DNA of 28,287 nt from Candidatus Xenobia bacterium (GTDB lineage: Bacteria > Vulcanimicrobiota > Xenobia > Xenobiales > QWHO01): contig BTUM01000096.1 of the NCBI GenBank assembly GCA_045863235.1, positions 1 through 28,287 of the forward strand, written 5' to 3'. The translations under genes were made by a program, and so were the position numbers. Each line of letters starts with the position of its first letter. The stretch's first letter is position 1. This document shows, in pieces, positions 1 through 8,390 of this stretch. Below the pieces are notes generated by a model. It saw only the letters and a list, made by a program, of their open reading frames with translations, made no database searches and was not told the DNA's origin.

Positions 1-144
1 CTCCTCGAGCACCTCCTCGCCGCTCTCGAGCCCCTCGACGACCTCGACCTCCTCGAGCACCTCCTCGCCGCTCTCGAGCCCCTCGACGACCTCGATCTCC
101 TCGAGCAACTCCTCGCCGCTCTCGAGCCCCTCGACAACCTCGAC
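1..144 (-). repeat. 48-bp coding tandem repeat, 3 full copies, encoding (V/I)EVVEGLESGEE(V/L)LEE
   Basis: Units at 1-48, 49-96 and 97-144 (ctcctcgagcacctcctcgccgctctcgagcccctcgacgacctcgac) differ by 1-2 nt from the first unit and are in frame with the TPR ORF. Confidence 0.95.
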
Positions 145-1917
145 CTCGCTCTCGAGGCCCTCACTCAGCTCGGCGGCAAGCTGCGCGGCCAGGGCAAAGT
201 GCGGGTAGCTCTGACAGAAAGGCTCCAGCGGCTCCGGACTGGCCAGGGCTCGGGCCCAGCCCTCCAGCACAGGCCAGAGGCGCTGCGGGTCCGCACCCAC
301 CGACAGCAGGCGGGCCACCAGAGCCTTCACCCCGGCCACCTGGCCCTGGGCGGCCGCCTGGTGGGCCATCTCCTCGAGCAGCGAGGGGGCAGTGGGCTGG
401 AGCTCCGCTGCCTGCTCCACGAAGTCCTGGGCCAGATCGAACTGGCTTCGTAGCCGGCACACCTGGGCCAGGCCGAGCAAGGTGCCCAGGTGGCGCGGAT
501 CGAGCTTCAGGGCTGCTCGGAAGCAAGCAAACGCCTCATCCAGCTTCTGCTGGCGCAAAAAGACCTGACCCAGCGCCGACTGGGCCAGGGCCTGGTCTGG
601 TCGCAGGCGGACGGCCGCGGACAGGGCCCGCCAGGCGGGCTCGAACTGCCCCATTTCCATAAATTGCAGACCGGCTTGCATCTGCAGGTCGAAGCTGGTC
701 GGGTGCAAGGCAGCCGCCCGGAACAGGTGCACACGGGCTTGATCGCGCTGACCGCTGCGCAACAACAGATCGATGCTGGCCATGGGGTAGGCCACCTCGC
801 CCGGCTCGAGCATGGCCGCCCTGGTCAGGCTGTGGAGCGCATCTTCGATTTGTTGACCCCGCGCCTGCACCTGAGCCAGGCGGGCCCAGGCGGCGTGGTT
901 CGACTCATCCAGGCTCAAGGCGCGCTGGTAAGCATCCACGGCCCGCGACAGGTTCTCGCTCTCCTCGGCCGCTCGGGCCACTGCCAGCCAGCCCTCCGCA
1001 TTGTCGGGCTCGGCTTCGGCCACCCGCGTCAGGCTGGAGAGGGCTGTTTGGGGCTGGCCCACCTGCAGCTGTACCTCGGCCAGCTCGCGCTCGGCCTCGG
1101 GCTCGCCCGGCATGGCCTGGAGGGCCTGCTGGTAGCGTTCAATGGCCTGATCGAACTGATACTGGGCTCGATGACAGCGGGCCAGACCGAGCAGAGCCAG
1201 GGGGTGCCCCTCCTGCAACTTGAGCACGGATTCGAAGCCTTGCACCGCGTTGGGCAGGCGTCCCTGGCGCAAGGCCAGGTCGGCCAGGGCCAGGCGGTAC
1301 TGAGGAACGGTCGGGTCCAGGGCGCAGGCCTTCTCTAAGTGGCGCTGGGCGGGCCCCCCCGAGCCCATTTTGTCGTAGGCCAGCCCCAGCTCGTACTGCA
1401 GGCCCGGCTCGTTGGAGCGTCCTCGCACCAGCTGTTGCAGGTCTTTGACGGCAGCCTCGTAGCGCCCCTGAATCATGGCCAGCCGGGCTGACAGGTAGGA
1501 AGCCTCCCAGTTGTCGGGGTGGAGCTGCAGCACCATCTCTACCGAAAGCTTGGCTCGATCCAACCGACCGAAGGCCTTCAGGGCGCGGGCCAGCATCAGA
1601 TGGACCTGGGCCGAGTTGGGGTCGACCTCGGTCTCCCACTCGAAGACCTTGAGAGCCCAGTCGATGCGCTTGCCCAGGTCGGAGTCGCTCTCACACTGGC
1701 AGGCCGTGGCATCCAGCTCGCAGGCCCGCTCGAAGTCGGCCAGGGCCTGCTCGTAGTCCTCTGTGTCGCGCAGCAGAGCCAGTCCTCGCAAGAGCAGGGC
1801 CCGGGCGTTGTCGGGCTCCAGGGCCAGCACCTGCCGGTAGGCCTCCATCGCTTCCGCGACGCGACCCTCGTTCTCGTGCTGCAGGCCCTCTTCCAGAAGG
1901 GCGGCGGACTCGCTCAT
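1..1917 (-). CDS. Tetratricopeptide-repeat protein, C-terminus truncated by the window edge
   Basis: Translated by hand from the ATG at 1917: MSESAALLEEGLQHENEGRVAEAMEAYRQVLALEPDNARALLLRGLAL..., with no stop seen down to position 1. Many TPR-type units (e.g. AVDAYQRALSLDESNHAAWARLAQV; EAFACFRAALKLDPRHLGTLLGLAQV). It has no stop in the window, so it is absent from the ORF track. Confidence 0.88.
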   Translation of the reverse strand, partial: MSESAALLEEGLQHENEGRVAEAMEAYRQVLALEPDNARALLLRGLALLRDTEDYEQALADFERACELDATACQCESDSDLGKRIDWALKVFEWETEVDPNSAQVHLMLARALKAFGRLDRAKLSVEMVLQLHPDNWEASYLSARLAMIQGRYEAAVKDLQQLVRGRSNEPGLQYELGLAYDKMGSGGPAQRHLEKACALDPTVPQYRLALADLALRQGRLPNAVQGFESVLKLQEGHPLALLGLARCHRAQYQFDQAIERYQQALQAMPGEPEAERELAEVQLQVGQPQTALSSLTRVAEAEPDNAEGWLAVARAAEESENLSRAVDAYQRALSLDESNHAAWARLAQVQARGQQIEDALHSLTRAAMLEPGEVAYPMASIDLLLRSGQRDQARVHLFRAAALHPTSFDLQMQAGLQFMEMGQFEPAWRALSAAVRLRPDQALAQSALGQVFLRQQKLDEAFACFRAALKLDPRHLGTLLGLAQVCRLRSQFDLAQDFVEQAAELQPTAPSLLEEMAHQAAAQGQVAGVKALVARLLSVGADPQRLWPVLEGWARALASPEPLEPFCQSYPHFALAAQLAAELSEGLESEVEVVEGLESGEELLEEIEVVEGLESGEEVLEEVEVVEGLESGEEVLEE

Positions 1918-2008
1918 CGTTCAGAGATTCCTTCAAGCCGAGGGGGCTTTCCTCCCCCGGTTCAGCCTCTCGGTCCGGACCTGCTCTTGTGGAGCCACGT
2001 CCTCCATC

Positions 2009-2071
2009 GGACCCTCTCAAATCTTGTAGTGCAAAAATAGGAAGTTTGCACTACAAGAGTTGAGAGGGTCC
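2009..2071. repeat. Long inverted repeat: 27-bp arms, 1 mismatch, 9-nt loop; REP-like palindrome copy 1
   Basis: GGACCCTCTCAAATCTTGTAGTGCAAA-aataggaag-TTTGCACTACAAGAGTTGAGAGGGTCC, in the divergent intergenic region. Confidence 0.9.
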
Positions 2072-2076
2072 TTCGA

Positions 2077-2264
2077 CAGGGATAGGGGTTGCTCTGCAAA
2101 GCGAAGGTTGGCCGACTCTCGTCAGTTGAGCTGTTTGGCGCTCGAGCTCCGCGCGTCAAGAGTCTTGCATCCATCTGTGGGCGCTCGGCGGGAGAGCCCG
2201 TGCGAATCCGTGATCAGGCCGGACCAGGGGAGGGGTTGCCCAGCAAAGCGAAGGTCGGCCGGCT
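2077..2264 (+). repeat. Imperfect ~40-bp direct repeat pair (about 2077-2117 and 2225-2264) upstream of the carbamoyltransferase
   Basis: CAGGGATAGGGGTTGCTCTGCAAAGCGAAGGTTGGCCGACT versus CAGGG-GAGGGGTTGCCCAGCAAAGCGAAGGTCGGCCGGCT; the second copy abuts the GTG start at 2265. Confidence 0.8.
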
Positions 2265-3893
2265 GTGAAGATTCTCGGTCTCAATTCGGCCTACCACGAG
2301 TCCAGCGCCGCGCTGGTGGTGGATGGCCAGGTGGTGATGGCCATCGAGGAGGAGCGTCTCAGCCGGCGCAAGCACGGCAAGGAGGCTCGGGTGGATAACC
2401 CCGACGAGCTGCCTCTGAAGGCCATCGCCGCCTGTCTGGAGGCGGCCGGGGGCGAGGTGGACCGGGTGGCTTACGCCCTGGAGCCGGGCCGGCGTCGGGT
2501 GGGTGGGGATCCTTACCCGCTCGAGCCGGGCAACTGGGGCACCGAGGCCGGGGAAGCTTTGTTCGAGGCCGCCCTGCATCGGATCCCCGAGCACCTGGGC
2601 CGTCCGGTCGAGTTTCTCTCCCACCATCTGGGCCACGCCGCCAGTGCCTTCTACCCCTCGCCCTTCGAGGAGGCGGCCGTGCTGGTGGTGGATGGTATCG
2701 GGGAGGAGGCCACCACCTGGCTGGGGCGGGGAAACGGGGCCGAGCTGGAGCTGCTGGAGGAGATCCCCTATCCTCACTCGCTGGGCTTCGTGTGGGAGCG
2801 GGTGGCCGTCTACCTGGGCTTCTCGGTCTACGACGCCCCCAAGGTGATGGGCCTGGCGGCTTACGGGCAGGCCGACCGGGCCATGCCGGCGCTGGACAGG
2901 CTGCTCCGGGCCACCGACACCGGCTTTTCCGTCGACGCAAGGCTGGCGAGATTTCGCAGCGGCGACGTGCAGGGGCTGGAGGAGCTGTTCGGGCCCCGTT
3001 ACCAGGCTGGCCAGTCCCACCTCGAGCCGCGTTTTGCCGATCTGGCGGCCGCCTTGCAGAGGCGCACCGAGGAGATCGTGCTGGTCCTGGCCCGTCGCCT
3101 GCACCGCCTGACCGGGTCGCCCAACCTGGCCTACGCCGGCGGGGTAGCCCTGAACTGCGTGGCCAACGCTCGCCTCGAGCGCGAGGGGCCCTTCGAGGCG
3201 CTCTACATCCCGGGAGCGGCCCACGACGCGGGTACCGCGGTGGGGGTGGCCCTGGAGCTTGCCCACCGGCTCGGAGCCGCCCGCCGGATGGGCCCTCTCA
3301 CGCCCTTTCTGGGGCCGGCCTACGAGTGCGAGCAGGGCACGCTCACCTCGGACCCGGCCGGGGAGGCGGCCCGGTGCCTGGCCGAGAGTCAGCTGGTAGG
3401 CTGGTTCCAGGGCCGTCTCGAGCTGGGCCCCCGGGCGCTGGGACATCGCTCGCTGTTGGCTGACCCACGTCAGAAGGACCTGCGAGCGGTGCTCAACGAC
3501 CGCATCAAGCACCGCGAACCCTTTCGCCCTTTCGCAGCGGCCGTGCTGGAAGAGCACGCGAGCGACTGGTTCGACTTGCCCGTGGGGCGCAAGGGGGCGG
3601 TGGCCGCGCGGGATCTGATGCTGCTGGCCTATTCGGTCAGGGATGAGCGCCGTTCCAGCATTCCCGCCGTGGTCCACCACGACGGCAGCTGCCGCATCCA
3701 GACGGTGAGCGCGGGCACCGATCCGCTCTTTCATCGTCTGATCAGCGAGTTCTATCGCCTCACCGGGGTCCCGCTGGTGCTGAACACCTCCTTCAACGAC
3801 TCCGAGCCCATCGTGTGCACCGTGGAGGACGCAGTGCGCACCTACCGCCGCTCGGGCCTGGATGCCCTGTTCGTGGGGGATCGCCGGCTGTGA
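2265..3893 (+). CDS. Carbamoyltransferase, NodU/CmcH/TobZ family
   Basis: Family motifs MKILGLNSAYHESSAAL..EEERLSRRKH, HHLGHAASAFYPSPF, VVDGIGE, KVMGLAAYG, AGGVALNCVAN, ELGPRALGHRSLLADP, IKHREPFRPFA, VHHDGSCRIQTV, LNTSFN. Confidence 0.95.
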   Translation: MKILGLNSAYHESSAALVVDGQVVMAIEEERLSRRKHGKEARVDNPDELPLKAIAACLEAAGGEVDRVAYALEPGRRRVGGDPYPLEPGNWGTEAGEALFEAALHRIPEHLGRPVEFLSHHLGHAASAFYPSPFEEAAVLVVDGIGEEATTWLGRGNGAELELLEEIPYPHSLGFVWERVAVYLGFSVYDAPKVMGLAAYGQADRAMPALDRLLRATDTGFSVDARLARFRSGDVQGLEELFGPRYQAGQSHLEPRFADLAAALQRRTEEIVLVLARRLHRLTGSPNLAYAGGVALNCVANARLEREGPFEALYIPGAAHDAGTAVGVALELAHRLGAARRMGPLTPFLGPAYECEQGTLTSDPAGEAARCLAESQLVGWFQGRLELGPRALGHRSLLADPRQKDLRAVLNDRIKHREPFRPFAAAVLEEHASDWFDLPVGRKGAVAARDLMLLAYSVRDERRSSIPAVVHHDGSCRIQTVSAGTDPLFHRLISEFYRLTGVPLVLNTSFNDSEPIVCTVEDAVRTYRRSGLDALFVGDRRL

Positions 3894-4834
3894 CGGTGGC
3901 GCCCCCCGAAGCGGCCCGCTTTTTGCCCGTGCACGATGCCTACGGCCTGCGCCTGGCCCTGGTATTCGGCAACCACGCTCCCGGCGGTCAATGCCCCTAC
4001 TACAGTGCCGGGCGTTGCCATCACTGCGACATCGGCGCTGGCGAGGGACGCGAGTTCACTCTGAAGGACAACCGGGACCGGCTGGCCTGGTTTCGGCAGC
4101 ACTACGCCGAGGCGCTGCCCCGGGTGGCCCACCTGGTGCTCTACAACTCGGGCTCGACGCTGAATCCCCGTGAGCTGCCGCCGCAGATGCTCGACGAGAT
4201 CCTGGAGTGGGCGGCCAGCCTGCCTTCCCTGAAGGTGGTGTCGCTGGACTCGCGCGAGGCCTTCCTGAGTCAGAAACGGCTGATCGAGTGCGCCCGGCGC
4301 CTGGGACGCACCCTGCGCCCGATCCTGGGCCTGGAAAGCGCCCGTGAGTCGGTGCGCAACCTGGCTCTGGACAAACACATGTCCGACTCGGGCATCCGCC
4401 GCGCCTTCCGGGCCGTGGCCCTGGCCCGGGCCGAAGGGGCCGACTGCCAGCTCGACTGCAACCTGGTGGTGGCCGGTCCCGGCACCACCGGCGACGGGGT
4501 GGCCGACGCCCTGGCCACGGCCGAGTTCGCCTTCGACCTGGCCACCGAGGTGGGGTTGACGGTGGATCTGAACCTGCACCCTTATTACCCCAGCGCCCGT
4601 GGCCGGCTGCGCTTTCCTCAGCACGGGCGCTGCTCGCTGCCGGTGGCCATCCGGGCTGTGGAAGGGATCGCCAACCTGGCCCGGGCCCGCTCGCCCGGCT
4701 CGCACCTGTTCATCGGCTGGCAGGACGAGGGGCACGACCAGGACCAGGGGGTGCGGGCGGTGGAGCTTCAGATCATCCAGGAGCGCTTCGACCGCTTCAA
4801 CCGCACGCAGGATGCGGCGGTTCTGCGGGGATGA
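3890..4834 (+). CDS. Radical SAM protein with atypical CX7CX2C motif, resembling the RaSEA (archaeosine radical SAM) family
   Basis: GTG at 3890 overlaps the upstream stop (GTGA) and is in frame with track ORF 3815..4834. Motifs GQCPYYSAGRCHHC, LYNSGSTLNPRELP, SLDSREAFL and ILGLESA resemble RaSEA-type motifs as I recall them. The subfamily call is less certain than the radical SAM call. Confidence 0.7.
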   Translation: MTVAPPEAARFLPVHDAYGLRLALVFGNHAPGGQCPYYSAGRCHHCDIGAGEGREFTLKDNRDRLAWFRQHYAEALPRVAHLVLYNSGSTLNPRELPPQMLDEILEWAASLPSLKVVSLDSREAFLSQKRLIECARRLGRTLRPILGLESARESVRNLALDKHMSDSGIRRAFRAVALARAEGADCQLDCNLVVAGPGTTGDGVADALATAEFAFDLATEVGLTVDLNLHPYYPSARGRLRFPQHGRCSLPVAIRAVEGIANLARARSPGSHLFIGWQDEGHDQDQGVRAVELQIIQERFDRFNRTQDAAVLRG

Positions 4835-4868
4835 GGCGAGGAGGGCGAGCGAGGTGTTGCCCGGGGTC

Positions 4869-5777
4869 TCAGACGTCTTCCGCTGACTTCTTCTTGGGAA
4901 TGATGGGCGGCGCATAGCCCGCTGGCTGGGGCGGCAGGGGCTTGTGCACGTGCGGCTCGTCCGAAGTGAGGGCGGGAGGTGCCCAGGGGGCGGCCTCGGC
5001 CTCCTCGGGGCCCCGCGTGTGCTTGACGACTGGCTCCTCCTCGAGCGTCTGCCTGACGGCCCTCTCTGGCGAGGCTGGCTCCTTCTCAGGCGTCTGCTTG
5101 ACGGCCCGCTCCATCTCTGAAGCGGCCGACTCAGGCGCAACGATCTTGCGCCCCGTCGAGAACCGGGGGGCCTCCTTGTTGATCAGCGGAGCCACCAGTC
5201 CGGCCAGGCGCTCGAGCTCGTCCTCGGTCTGGTGCTTTTTCTCGCGCCAGGCCTCCAGCCGGGCCTTCACGGACGCCTGCTCGTCTCGGATGCGCGCGGC
5301 CCGGGAGGCGATCTCGCGAGCCTCCGCCTCGAGCAGGGCGGCTTTCTGAGAGGCCGCCTCCAGGTAGGCCTGCACGCCGGAGTCCAGGCTCTCTTCGAAG
5401 AGGTCCAGCGCCCGATCGCGGTTGAATCCGTCCTCCAGCAGCGCTTCCGGGGCCACCTTGTGCTCGGCCAGCACCAGCTCGAGCTTGTCCCCCTCCTTCA
5501 GCTCCCGGCCCAGGCGCGGCAGAGTCCAGCCTTCGGCGGGGAGGCCGGCCAGCTCGTAGATTTCCTCCGGAGTGGTCTCCAGAGCCAGCGTGGCGGCGGC
5601 CGCGCCCGACTCCACGTCGCGGTGGGCTACTTCGCGGGCCTTCTTGAGCGTCTGCAGGGACACCACTCGGGTCTCGTACTTGGGAGCCTCGGGTGGGGGC
5701 GCGCCCGGCTTCTCCGGCGGGTCATCCTTGCCGTCCGACCAGAGTCCCAGTTTCTCCAGCAGATTTCCAAGCTTCAC
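4869..5777 (-). CDS. Hypothetical coiled-coil protein with Pro/Glu-rich tail; last gene of the PspA operon
   Basis: GTG at 5777 overlaps the AAA stop (GTGA), giving MKLGNLLEKLGLWSD.... Long heptad-like helix (AALLEAEAREIASRAARIRDEQASVKARLEAWREKKHQTEDELERL). The track start at 5876 lies inside the AAA gene. Confidence 0.8.
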   Translation of the reverse strand: MKLGNLLEKLGLWSDGKDDPPEKPGAPPPEAPKYETRVVSLQTLKKAREVAHRDVESGAAAATLALETTPEEIYELAGLPAEGWTLPRLGRELKEGDKLELVLAEHKVAPEALLEDGFNRDRALDLFEESLDSGVQAYLEAASQKAALLEAEAREIASRAARIRDEQASVKARLEAWREKKHQTEDELERLAGLVAPLINKEAPRFSTGRKIVAPESAASEMERAVKQTPEKEPASPERAVRQTLEEEPVVKHTRGPEEAEAAPWAPPALTSDEPHVHKPLPPQPAGYAPPIIPKKKSAEDV

Positions 5778-7528
5778 TGGATGTTCAGCTCCAACTTGAG
5801 TTGAGTCAGCCGCCGATCGAGCTCCTCGGGCTGGATGGCCCGGTAGCGCTCGGGCAGGAAGACCGCGTCGGTGCACTCCTTGACGGCGATGAGGTCCATG
5901 TACTCCAGGTTCTTGACGTGGGGCAAAGGCCGGTACTCGGCCACCACCTGGGCCAGCACCTCCTTGAGCGGCTTCTTCTCCGCCCCCTGCAACTCGTGGA
6001 CGCGCATGGCCCGCACGATCACCGTCTCCATCTCGTTTCCTCCCAGGTCCACTCCGGGGGGCAGGGTGGGCAGGTCTTCGCGCGAGAGAGGCAGCTTGAT
6101 CTTGCGGGCCATTGCCTCGAACAGGAGGTTGCGCTCTTCGTCGGTCTGAGGGGGGAAGAGCGGGATGTGCACGTCCAGTCGTCCTGGACGCTTCAAGTCG
6201 ACCTCCAGCAGATCGGGCCGCGAGGTGGCGAAGACCCAGACGATGCGGCCCCGGTTGGCTGTATTGCTCATCTCCTGGGCGAACATGCCGTAGATGCGGC
6301 CGGACAGGCCGTTGTCGGAGTCGCCCGAGGAGCGCTTGCCGGCCATCTGGTCAGCCTCGTCCACGAATACCACCACCTGGCCCAGCGCCTTGAGGACGGT
6401 GAAGATCTTCTCCAGGTTGGCCTCGGTGTTGCCCATCCACTTGTCGCGGAAGTTCTTGAAGACCACGAAGGGCACGCCCACCTCGCCGGCCCAGCAGTGG
6501 GTGAGCCAGGTCTTGCCGGTGCCGATGCGCCCGGTCATCAAGTAGCCCATGGGCACGGCCGTGAACTTGCCCTCGCGCAGCAGCCGCGCATCCTCGCGCA
6601 GCCAGGTCTTGGCACCGTCGCAGCCGGCCACGTGGTCGAGGGTCTGCTTGCTCTCCACGAACTCGAGCAGGCCGGCGCACTCCTTTTCGATCAGCTCCTT
6701 CTTGATGCGCGAGAGGTAGTCGGAGGTGAGCTTCTTATCGTTTTTGACGGCCAGGGCCACCATGTGCTGCAGGCTCACCCGGGTCAGCCCCACGACCTTC
6801 TTGGCCATGGCTTCCAGGGTCACGTCCAGACTGGGCTTGAGCTCGGGATACTGGACCGAAAGGTAATCCAGGAACTCGAGGCAATCCTCTTCTCCCGGCA
6901 AGGGGATCTTGACCTTGTGGTTGTAGGGATTCTCCACCAGCGTGCGGGCCAGCCCGGCCAGGCTCTCGGTGATCAGCACGGTGGCTACCTGGGCCCCCAG
7001 CAGGTTGGGGTCGGCCGCCCAGTCGAGCAGGCGGATCAGCGTCTCGGTGCTGCGGTCGTTGAGCTGACCCCCGGTCTCGGGAGCCATGAACTGCACGTAG
7101 TCCATCACCACCGCGGCCCGCAATGGGTCGCGTTTGGCCTGGCCATCCTCGATGACGGTGCGCTGCAGGCTGTAGCGGAGGAACGTGTCCAGCAGCTCCA
7201 TGGCCTGGCCCTGGTCGCGGGGCAGGCGGCTGGAAGCGTGGCTGGTCTGGTTCCAGTCGTCCATCATCTTGAGGAACTTGAAGAAGGTCTCCTGGCCCTT
7301 CAGGGCTTTCAGACCGGCGCCGCGACTGTAGTAGAGCACGCAGTCGAACTTGCCGAACAGGACCTGAGCCAGGTAGTCCTTGAGGGCGTAGAACTTCAAG
7401 CCGTCGTCGCCCCGGTGGGGCACGAGATCGAAGACGTTGCCGTAGATCAGGAACTGGCTGAGGGTCCCGGCGCGAAAGACCTCGCGCATGCCCTGCACCC
7501 AGGCGGGGTAGGTTTCCGTTTTCAGCAA
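5774..7528 (-). CDS. AAA+ ATPase, classical clade; one intact C-terminal AAA module after a large N-terminal domain
   Basis: Walker A GRIGTGKT, pore loop RDKWMGNTE, Walker B VVFVDEAD, sensor-1 ATSRP, Arg finger LKRPGRLD. TTG start with GAGG just upstream. Confidence 0.93.
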   Translation of the reverse strand: MLKTETYPAWVQGMREVFRAGTLSQFLIYGNVFDLVPHRGDDGLKFYALKDYLAQVLFGKFDCVLYYSRGAGLKALKGQETFFKFLKMMDDWNQTSHASSRLPRDQGQAMELLDTFLRYSLQRTVIEDGQAKRDPLRAAVVMDYVQFMAPETGGQLNDRSTETLIRLLDWAADPNLLGAQVATVLITESLAGLARTLVENPYNHKVKIPLPGEEDCLEFLDYLSVQYPELKPSLDVTLEAMAKKVVGLTRVSLQHMVALAVKNDKKLTSDYLSRIKKELIEKECAGLLEFVESKQTLDHVAGCDGAKTWLREDARLLREGKFTAVPMGYLMTGRIGTGKTWLTHCWAGEVGVPFVVFKNFRDKWMGNTEANLEKIFTVLKALGQVVVFVDEADQMAGKRSSGDSDNGLSGRIYGMFAQEMSNTANRGRIVWVFATSRPDLLEVDLKRPGRLDVHIPLFPPQTDEERNLLFEAMARKIKLPLSREDLPTLPPGVDLGGNEMETVIVRAMRVHELQGAEKKPLKEVLAQVVAEYRPLPHVKNLEYMDLIAVKECTDAVFLPERYRAIQPEELDRRLTQLKLELNIQ

Positions 7529-7535
7529 TTGAGCC

Positions 7536-8390
7536 TCACGAATTGACCTGGAAGGTCGGGGGAGCGGTCTCCAGGTCGTCTTGAATGGGTCCCAGGATCT
7601 CGGCGTTCTGCTTCATCCAGTCGTGGGTCTGGGCAAACGAGCCCATCACGTCGTCCACCCGCTCCACCAGGGCGCCGGCGTCCTTGTTCAAGATGGCCTC
7701 CTGAACCATCAGGGCTACCTGTTGCTCGATGCGCAGCAGCTCGGCCTGGATGAACTGGGCCTGGTTGCCAGCCTGATCGTAGTTCTCCAGGCGCTTGCGC
7801 GCGATCTCCAGGGTGGACTCGAGCGACTTGGCCAGGCGCTCCTTGTTGGGGTCGGCCGCGGCTGCGTCGTACTCGCGCTGGTAGCTTTCGATCTGCTGCT
7901 CGAGCTCGCGCCGGGGGGCGGTCTTCATATGCATCTCGAGCATCTGCGAGGAAACCAGCAGCTTGAGGAAGACCCACAGCAGGCGGTTGACCCCTTCGGC
8001 CACCGAGGCGGCGGTGGGACCCATCCCCTGTCCCATGCGAAAAAGCTGCGAGCAGCTCTTCTCCAGGGCCAGGTAGCGCTGCTGGCGCTCGTGCGTGAGG
8101 CCGCTCAGCATGGCCCGTTTCTTGGCCAGGTGGTCGCCCGACTCCTCAGCCGCGGCGATGGCCTCCATCCACTTACGAAAGCGCGGGTCGTGGCTGACCA
8201 TGAACAGGTAGGCCAGCTCCAGCCCGGCCCCGATGAAGAGAAAGCCTGGATTGACCAGCCCGGCCACCCCCACGCCCAGCACGTACAGCCAGTTGACCGG
8301 GACGTTGCCCAGGCCCTTGATGTTGGGCTTGGCGTTGAAGGCGCCCTTGACATAGTCCCAGAAGGTCAGCGGTTTCTTGCCTTGTGCCAT
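7536..8390 (-). CDS. Hypothetical membrane protein: N-terminal hydrophobic hairpin plus helical/coiled-coil domain
   Basis: Hydrophobic stretch WLYVLGVGVAGLVNPGFLFIGAGLELAYLFMV followed by charged helices. ATG overlaps the ABC ATPase stop (TGATG). Confidence 0.85.
   Translation of the reverse strand: MAQGKKPLTFWDYVKGAFNAKPNIKGLGNVPVNWLYVLGVGVAGLVNPGFLFIGAGLELAYLFMVSHDPRFRKWMEAIAAAEESGDHLAKKRAMLSGLTHERQQRYLALEKSCSQLFRMGQGMGPTAASVAEGVNRLLWVFLKLLVSSQMLEMHMKTAPRRELEQQIESYQREYDAAAADPNKERLAKSLESTLEIARKRLENYDQAGNQAQFIQAELLRIEQQVALMVQEAILNKDAGALVERVDDVMGSFAQTHDWMKQNAEILGPIQDDLETAPPTFQVNS

Noticed and set aside
3815..3889. Upstream extensions of track ORFs (starts 3815, 5876, 13796, 18207, 19958, 23289, 24411)
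   Set aside because: Each has a better downstream start supported by stop/start coupling, an RBS, a signal peptide or the family N-terminus.
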